From a virus (taxonomy: Duplodnaviria; Caudoviricetes): a stretch of 64,000 nucleotides of DNA. Shown piece by piece: positions 58,908 to 64,000 of this stretch (position 1 is the stretch's first letter; each line of letters begins with the position of its first letter). The DNA is taken from the IMG/VR virus record IMGVR_UViG_3300030330_003269, positions 1 through 64,000 of that record. The stretch is one strand, 5' to 3'. The notes beneath the pieces are model-generated. The model worked only from the letters and a program-made list of their open reading frames with translations. It was not told the DNA's origin and did not search any database. Both the position numbers and the translations under genes were made by a program.

Positions 58908-59237
58908 CTACACATTAAAAGGATTAAAGGGTTCTTTTTCTTCTTCTTCTTTTACAGGCTTATCCAAAAATTGACCGCCTGTGTATTTTGCTTCCTTTCT
59001 GGCTTTTTCTTCTCTTAGCCTTTTTTCTTCATTGAGTTTTTTAGTTTCTGCTGCTTTTTTATTAGCCTGTTGTCGTCTTTCAGGAGAAAGAGGTTTTCTT
59101 GGCTTATCAGCATATATTCTTCCAGGTTTTTTTGTTCTTAGAGCCTGTCTTTTTGTCGGGGATGCGCCATATTCTTTAAAATCAAAAGCATCACCTCTTC
59201 CTGCATATCCTCTTTTAATAATGTCCTGCCACTTCAT
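58908..59237 (-). CDS. Tagged cassette gene (basic)
   Basis: MKWQDIIK. Confidence 0.75.
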   Translation of the reverse strand: MKWQDIIKRGYAGRGDAFDFKEYGASPTKRQALRTKKPGRIYADKPRKPLSPERRQQANKKAAETKKLNEEKRLREEKARKEAKYTGGQFLDKPVKEEEEKEPFNPFNV

Positions 59238-59509
59238 TGTAATCTTTCCTGTATTCTAAAATCTTCTTGTCTGCTTAAACTGTTCAATAATTCAGTCATA
59301 TCAAAATCGGGGTTATCTAAATTCTCTTGAGTTAATTGATTAAGAGCATCATCAATTGTTTCTTCCAAAAGTTCTTTTTGTCTTTGGTATTCGGCCTCAA
59401 TAAACTCTTCTTGCATCTCTCTAAAAATAGCAATAGAATTGCTAATATCAGGATATTTATTAAAATCAATTTGATTTGGGTCTAGTTTCAAAATTTCTTC
59501 CCAACTCAT
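59234..59509 (-). CDS. Tagged cassette gene (acidic)
   Basis: MSWEEILK; ends QERLQ, encoded by the repeat. Confidence 0.75.
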   Translation of the reverse strand: MSWEEILKLDPNQIDFNKYPDISNSIAIFREMQEEFIEAEYQRQKELLEETIDDALNQLTQENLDNPDFDMTELLNSLSRQEDFRIQERLQ

Positions 59510-59526
59510 TGTAATCTCTCCTGCAT

Positions 59527-59706
59527 TTAAGCCTTAGTATTAGCCTCATCCAAGTATAACTCTAATACTTGGTCGGGAGCATTTTTATCATCTGTGCGAT
59601 ATACTCCTTTTTTTCCATCTTCTAAATATTCAACAACATAATATTCTATTCCATCATGTTTTATTTCTTTAGGGAAGTCTCCCTTTAGTATGCTTTTCCA
59701 ACTCAT
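59527..59706 (-). CDS. Tagged cassette gene, 59 aa (not in ORF track)
   Basis: MSWKSILKGDFPKEIKHDGIEYYVVEYLEDGKKGVYRTDDKNAPDQVLELYLDEANTKA. Confidence 0.75.
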   Translation of the reverse strand: MSWKSILKGDFPKEIKHDGIEYYVVEYLEDGKKGVYRTDDKNAPDQVLELYLDEANTKA

Positions 59707-60366
59707 TGTAATCTCTCCTGCATCTTCTGTTTAATATCCAGCCAAATCTCAGGATTGTTCTGTGCTAACACTTCTTGAACAATTTGCATTTGTGCGACAA
59801 TAATCGTGTCCTGTCTCTTGTGAATCAATTTACCCTTGAACTCCATAAGATACTTTAAAGATTCTCTAATCTCTTGCTAACTTGGTAAGAGCGTCAATCA
59901 TCTTAGGGTCAAGGTCATTCCCCAAATCGTTGAAGACTTGCTCTAAACGCATATCTAACTTTTGCACATTGTTTGAAAGCAAATCAACTTCATTTACTTC
60001 CTTTTTCGCCAGCATCATGGCGGCGGATTCCTGCACGATTGGCGTTAAGTGGTGTTTGATGTGCCTACGCACCTGCTCTTTTGTGGTGTTCAGCGCAGAA
60101 GAAACAGCCTCAATGGTGATATTACCTTCTTTAATCGCAAGTTCGTAGTGCTTCCTCATGGGGTCTGTGCATAGAACACAACGAGGATTTGACGACATTT
60201 CATAATTCCCCATGTGGTTTCTTTGATGTTGTGCGGCAGTTCCGCTTCTCCATCCATGTTGTGCATCCATATCATCACAAGTCATTGAACCCATCTCAAG
60301 AAGGGATTCCAACTCTTCTCGGTTGTCTGCTTGACAAAGACCACAACGCTTGCGATTAACTGTCAT
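59703..60366 (-). CDS. Tandem Zn-HTH protein with coiled coil (possible terminase small subunit), frameshifted near 59870
   Basis: Two CxxC...HxxxH units; the ORF stops at 59866 but continues in another frame as IRESLKYLMEFKGKL...KMQERLQ to TGA at 59703. Confidence 0.6.
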
Positions 60367-60701
60367 TATGGAGAACCCCTATAAAAAATGTCATGTCCTC
60401 TTGATAAGTTCACAAGCCCACTACGATACATCATAAATTCATCAGTTCCGATACTTTCTTCCATCAAATCTAATGTGCTTTGCATAGCAAGCCAAACAGT
60501 AGGCTCTTTTGCGATAATCTTGCTCTTATTTGCCATAATTTTTTCTTTTATGTCTTTAAATATTTTGGTATGTCTTTTAATCTCTTTACCAGTATTTACC
60601 ATATTTCTATTAAGGCTGGCTTCTTCCATATCTTCGGGAGCATATTTTTCTCCTAATCTACGGGCTTCATCCATATCAATCTTTAAAACCTCTTTCCACA
60701 T
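60366..60701 (-). CDS. Tagged hypothetical protein
   Basis: MWKEVLK. Confidence 0.75.
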   Translation of the reverse strand: MWKEVLKIDMDEARRLGEKYAPEDMEEASLNRNMVNTGKEIKRHTKIFKDIKEKIMANKSKIIAKEPTVWLAMQSTLDLMEESIGTDEFMMYRSGLVNLSRGHDIFYRGSP

Positions 60702-60702
60702 A

Positions 60703-61848
60703 TTATTTTCTCCATAAAACCTGTTGCCACATTTTAGAAATAACCTTTTGATTAGGATTCAACTTAAAGTCATCATGTTGATATGTATCTGGATATTTTT
60801 CTTTGGCTGTCTTTCTGTAATCAAAACCACCCCTTGTATCATTTTGCCACGCACGAAAACCATTCGGTGCTTTGTTAGTTCCTTTTCTTTTTAAGGCTCT
60901 ATCAACTAATTCAATAAAGACTTCTTTACCTACTGCTTTTGGAAATGAAACTATAGCAATATCACCAGCAATAGAATTATCTTCGTCTGCTGGCCCAAGT
61001 TTAGCCAGTTCTCTTGCGATGTTCTGGTCTTTATTGGTTAGTCTAAACTTTTGATTTTTAAAATCTGTTCTAACCTTATTAGTTAATAATCTACCACCTG
61101 CGTTCCAAAATGCATTATTACGAACAACTTTATTAAAGTAACTTTGAATTGAACTGAGGTCTTCTAATTCTTCAGCATCAATACCTGATAAATTTTCAAT
61201 GCCCAAGTCTTCAATTTCTGGCTTATCAATATCTTCTAAAATATGGAGAAGTCCTCTTGGTCTTGCGAACTTTGTTGAAGATTCTGAGAAAAGAGCCTGA
61301 TGTGGCGGATTTTTTCCAGCAAACCATTCATCGTCTGCCTTTGGCACTTTGTTCTTCTTTGCATAACTTTCGGTGGCATAATGTCCTTGGACTTTTCTTT
61401 CCTTTCTTTTCTGCTCACCTTCACCAACAGGTTTATCTGTGAATAAAATGAACGCAGGGTCAAATGCTGGAGACTTTTCACCAATAACATGACCAGTTCC
61501 TTTCATGCCCTTTAATGTCTTAGCAAGGGCTTTAATTGTTTTAATGTTTCCAGTAGTCAATAATTCATTATCAACAAAACCTTCAACTGCAGTCAAAATA
61601 TCAGCAACACCTTGACCTTCAACATCTTTATTTCTGCTTTTACTTCTTGCCTTTTTAATGTGTTGTTTAAGAAAAGCATATAATGATGGAACTCTTTGGA
61701 CTCTCATATCACCTGCGCTGACAGAAAGACAATTATCTCTCCATTCATTAAACTCTTCAACAAACCTTTCATTATCAAAGGTTTGGTCAAGAGAGTTTCC
61801 TTTATGTTTTTTTGGAGCCTTCTTTTTATCTTCAGGCATATTCTTCAT
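60703..61848 (-). CDS. Hypothetical protein ending in tag-like MWQQVLW
   Basis: 381-aa ORF. Confidence 0.7.
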   Translation of the reverse strand: MKNMPEDKKKAPKKHKGNSLDQTFDNERFVEEFNEWRDNCLSVSAGDMRVQRVPSLYAFLKQHIKKARSKSRNKDVEGQGVADILTAVEGFVDNELLTTGNIKTIKALAKTLKGMKGTGHVIGEKSPAFDPAFILFTDKPVGEGEQKRKERKVQGHYATESYAKKNKVPKADDEWFAGKNPPHQALFSESSTKFARPRGLLHILEDIDKPEIEDLGIENLSGIDAEELEDLSSIQSYFNKVVRNNAFWNAGGRLLTNKVRTDFKNQKFRLTNKDQNIARELAKLGPADEDNSIAGDIAIVSFPKAVGKEVFIELVDRALKRKGTNKAPNGFRAWQNDTRGGFDYRKTAKEKYPDTYQHDDFKLNPNQKVISKMWQQVLWRK

Positions 61849-62008
61849 CCTCCTTTTTCTTCTTTCGGCGGATTGCCTTTTGATTAAACATAGCAGGTGC
61901 AGAAGCGGTCGTTACTGCTCCAGCCATCTTTTCTTCTTCTTTTGCTGGAATAGGTTCGGGTGGATTTCTGTGATACTCACAGTATTTGAGAACATCTTTC
62001 CAACTCAT
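61832..62008 (-). CDS. Tagged small protein
   Basis: Start ATG 62008, MSWKDVLK. Confidence 0.65.
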   Translation of the reverse strand: MSWKDVLKYCEYHRNPPEPIPAKEEEKMAGAVTTASAPAMFNQKAIRRKKKKEDEEYA

Positions 62009-62115
62009 TCCTTTTTCCCACCCGTAGCGAAACACTTCTTGGTTTTCTTTTCTTCTTCGTCAATCTTTTTAGATTGCGAATCAAACCACGAATCAAGATA
62101 GGAACAACGAGTCAT
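62005..62115 (-). CDS. 36-aa peptide (not in ORF track)
   Basis: MTRCSYLDSWFDSQSKKIDEEEKKTKKCFATGGKKE; GAGG RBS, ATGA overlap with the next gene. Confidence 0.5.
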   Translation of the reverse strand: MTRCSYLDSWFDSQSKKIDEEEKKTKKCFATGGKKE

Positions 62116-62117
62116 GT

Positions 62118-62303
62118 TTATTCCTCTTTCTTTTTTGCATCTTTAGCGGCTTCCTTCATAGGTTCGGTAGTGTTGCCATCTTTGTCCAAATCAATATAAT
62201 CTGGCTTTGCACCCTTCTTTTCAAACAATTGTTTTTCAAATCGTTTTTTCCTACAATCTTCACAATCACAATCGCCTTTACGAACAATGTCTTTCCAACT
62301 CAT
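62118..62303 (-). CDS. Tagged small protein with DxDxDG motif
   Basis: MSWKDIVRK; KPDYIDLDKDGN. Confidence 0.7.
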   Translation of the reverse strand: MSWKDIVRKGDCDCEDCRKKRFEKQLFEKKGAKPDYIDLDKDGNTTEPMKEAAKDAKKKEE

Positions 62304-62362
62304 AGATGCGACCTCAACCTAACCGATGTTTCTTGACCTTATCAACCTTGCTCACTTCATGT

Positions 62363-62950
62363 TCAAGCGTTGGCAAAGATTCTGCTAATGTCTCCTTCAA
62401 ACCTTTCATTTTCAAAAACTTCGTGAATAAAATGGTCATAGTGGTCAAGTAAATCAATAGAAAGATAAGCAACATATGTGCCTCCACCTTTGATATTAAA
62501 ATTCCCAGGAAGAAGGTCTGCACTAATTGATAAATGAAAAATATAGGTGTCTTCATCGGCACTAAAGCGAGAAAGCCCAAAATTACTGGTTGGGTGTTTC
62601 TTTAATTCCTGTAATATATAACAAGCGGCTTCTTCAGTTATATTATTAAAGGGTTCAAGTATTTTATTAAAAAGTCTATATCTTATATAAGTTTCATTTT
62701 CAGGTTCTCCTGTTTCAAAAACATATTCTCCTTCACCTAATGTTCTAAAGTCCTCAACTGGCATCTTTATATTTTTATAGGGATATCTAAAGTAATCTCT
62801 AAAATCAAGTTTAGTAAGAACATCTACCATTTTAATTAGGCGTTCCTTACAATTGTCTTCTTCTTCTATCATAGGCTGATTGAAGTCCAACTGAAAGGTT
62901 TTACCTTTTGTTGAAGCGATTTGATTTTTAATAATGCTCCACCAAGTCAT
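62363..62950 (-). CDS. Tagged paralog family member (constant N-terminus, variable body)
   Basis: MTWWSIIKNQIASTKGKTFQLDFNQPMIEEED. Confidence 0.8.
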   Translation of the reverse strand: MTWWSIIKNQIASTKGKTFQLDFNQPMIEEEDNCKERLIKMVDVLTKLDFRDYFRYPYKNIKMPVEDFRTLGEGEYVFETGEPENETYIRYRLFNKILEPFNNITEEAACYILQELKKHPTSNFGLSRFSADEDTYIFHLSISADLLPGNFNIKGGGTYVAYLSIDLLDHYDHFIHEVFENERFEGDISRIFANA

Positions 62951-63561
62951 AGTAATTCCTCAATTGTTTGTTTTAAATTTTTACTAAGCAAATAAATTTC
63001 TTTTCCTCTACCTGCTGTTCTGCTTTCTGTAAAGTAAATAGATAGTGAGATTAAAAAGCCGCAATAAGCACCGAGGTTTAAATCACGAATTTCAACACCA
63101 AAGTATATTGACATATTTCCTGGAACAACTTCATAATTTATTTTAGTCAGTCTTATTTTACTAAAATCTCTAAAATTAATTTTTAATGTATAATTATTAA
63201 ATTCTTCGTGTTTAGTTATATTATCAAATGCTCTTCTGTCCAACATCTCTAAGGCCTTGCAAAAAACTTCTTCGGGAATTTTATCTGTGTTTCCTATGTT
63301 ATGAGTATGATAACCTATAAGAACCCTTTTAAAATCAGGAAAGTCTGTTTCTATTTCCCATCGTTTTTTAGTGCTTTGTGAAGAACTCGTAGAAAGGATT
63401 GAAGTATCTGTTCTTTCGGCTTTATTTATTTTATCTATAATTTCAAAAAAGCGTTTTCTACAATCATCCTCTTCTTCAATCATGGGTTGATTGAAGTCTA
63501 ACTGGAAAGTTTTACCTTTAGTGGAGGCAATCTGGTTTTTAATAATACTCCACCAATTCAA
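62947..63561 (-). CDS. Tagged paralog family member
   Basis: MNWWSIIKNQIASTKGKTFQLDFNQPMIEEED. Confidence 0.8.
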   Translation of the reverse strand: MNWWSIIKNQIASTKGKTFQLDFNQPMIEEEDDCRKRFFEIIDKINKAERTDTSILSTSSSQSTKKRWEIETDFPDFKRVLIGYHTHNIGNTDKIPEEVFCKALEMLDRRAFDNITKHEEFNNYTLKINFRDFSKIRLTKINYEVVPGNMSIYFGVEIRDLNLGAYCGFLISLSIYFTESRTAGRGKEIYLLSKNLKQTIEELL

Positions 63562-64000
63562 AATACTAACGCCCCCTGTATAATTTGTTCAAGTTTATCA
63601 TCTAACTCTGGATTTAATTTACCATCATCTCCATACCTTCCTTTATAGAAAATTCTATGTCTTATGTCAGTAGTCGCCAATGGAAGTGATTCAGGGGAAT
63701 CTTTCAAATAAATAGATATATCATAGGTATAATTATCAAAATTATATTCTTCTTCATTCCCACGACTTTTTCCAAGTGTTCTTTTCTCCGTAAGAATTCT
63801 ATACTTACCATAATCTTCTAATATGCTTTTACTAATAGCAGTATTTTCATATTGTTCTATTGCTTTACAATAGATTTCATCAGGGATGCTTTCATCAAAT
63901 AATACAAAAATACCCAGTTCTGGTCTCATTCCAATAGGGTCTCTTTTTTCGTCATAAAAATGGTTTTGGTCATACGGACTCCAATGCGCGTCTGCCTTTG
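63558..64000 (-). CDS. Probable third paralog, 5'-truncated by the window end
   Basis: Frame is open from the window edge (KADAHWSPYDQNH...GMRPELG); IPDEIYCKAIE resembles IPEEVFCKALE of its neighbour. Confidence 0.65.
   Translation of the reverse strand, partial: KADAHWSPYDQNHFYDEKRDPIGMRPELGIFVLFDESIPDEIYCKAIEQYENTAISKSILEDYGKYRILTEKRTLGKSRGNEEEYNFDNYTYDISIYLKDSPESLPLATTDIRHRIFYKGRYGDDGKLNPELDDKLEQIIQGALVF

Larger units (their letters stand above)
58598..59723 (-). repeat. Five dispersed 21-bp direct repeats GGAGAGATTACAATGAGTTGG delimiting gene cassettes
   Basis: Copies at 58598, 58888, 59229 (variant GGAAAGATTACAATGAAGTGG), 59501 and 59698. Confidence 0.9.

Noticed and set aside
58598-59723. 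CRISPR array
   Set aside because: The spacers are about 175-320 bp, unequal, and each is a complete gene. The repeat is an RBS plus start codon and is not palindromic.
59833-59868. Amber read-through or alternative genetic code at TAG 59866
   Set aside because: In-frame read-through gives only 11 more codons before TAA. The plausible continuation is in another frame, and other genes use TAG as a normal stop.
15320-62101. Plus-strand ORFs antisense to virion genes (e.g. 37769..38317, 39095..39799, 44758..45240, 25577..26029) and minus-strand ORFs in 1-14.8 kb
   Set aside because: These are shadow frames of well-supported genes, with Ser/Phe/Leu-rich antisense composition and no RBS or motifs.
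62363-64000. Diversity-generating retroelement
   Set aside because: There is no reverse transcriptase in the window. Differences in the shared segment are synonymous and not adenine-specific.

Overview
This window is a 64-kb piece of a head-tailed (HK97-fold) archaeal dsDNA virus genome. Its gene content and order match my recollection of magroviruses, the viruses of Marine Group II Euryarchaeota/Poseidoniales. The + strand (1-14.8 kb) is an archaeal-type replication module: RFC large and small subunits, SSB, a RecA/Sak4-like ATPase, sliding clamp, split PolB, Cas4-like nuclease, fused PriS-PriL primase, ERCC4 nuclease, helicase-like ATPase and DEDD exonuclease. It ends at a hairpin plus U-tract terminator. 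The - strand (14.9-64 kb) is the virion module: tail tip and fibre genes, tape measure, tail chaperones with a -1 frameshift, tail tube, head-tail genes, major capsid protein, prohead protease-scaffold, DNA ligase, portal and terminase. The most striking unexplained signal is a shared peptide tag, W-x-x-[IV]-[IL]-K. It begins at least 15 otherwise unrelated late-strand proteins, occurs internally at domain junctions, and resembles the C-terminal motif of the protease-scaffold (WSEIHK). I infer a capsid-targeting and proteolytic-maturation tag for a variable set of virion cargo proteins. Four tagged genes sit as cassettes between five copies of a 21-bp direct repeat. A second candidate system is an Arf/Sar1-like small GTPase clustered with small membrane proteins in the late operon, possibly for egress or membrane remodelling. 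All functional calls come from reading motifs by eye; no searches were run.
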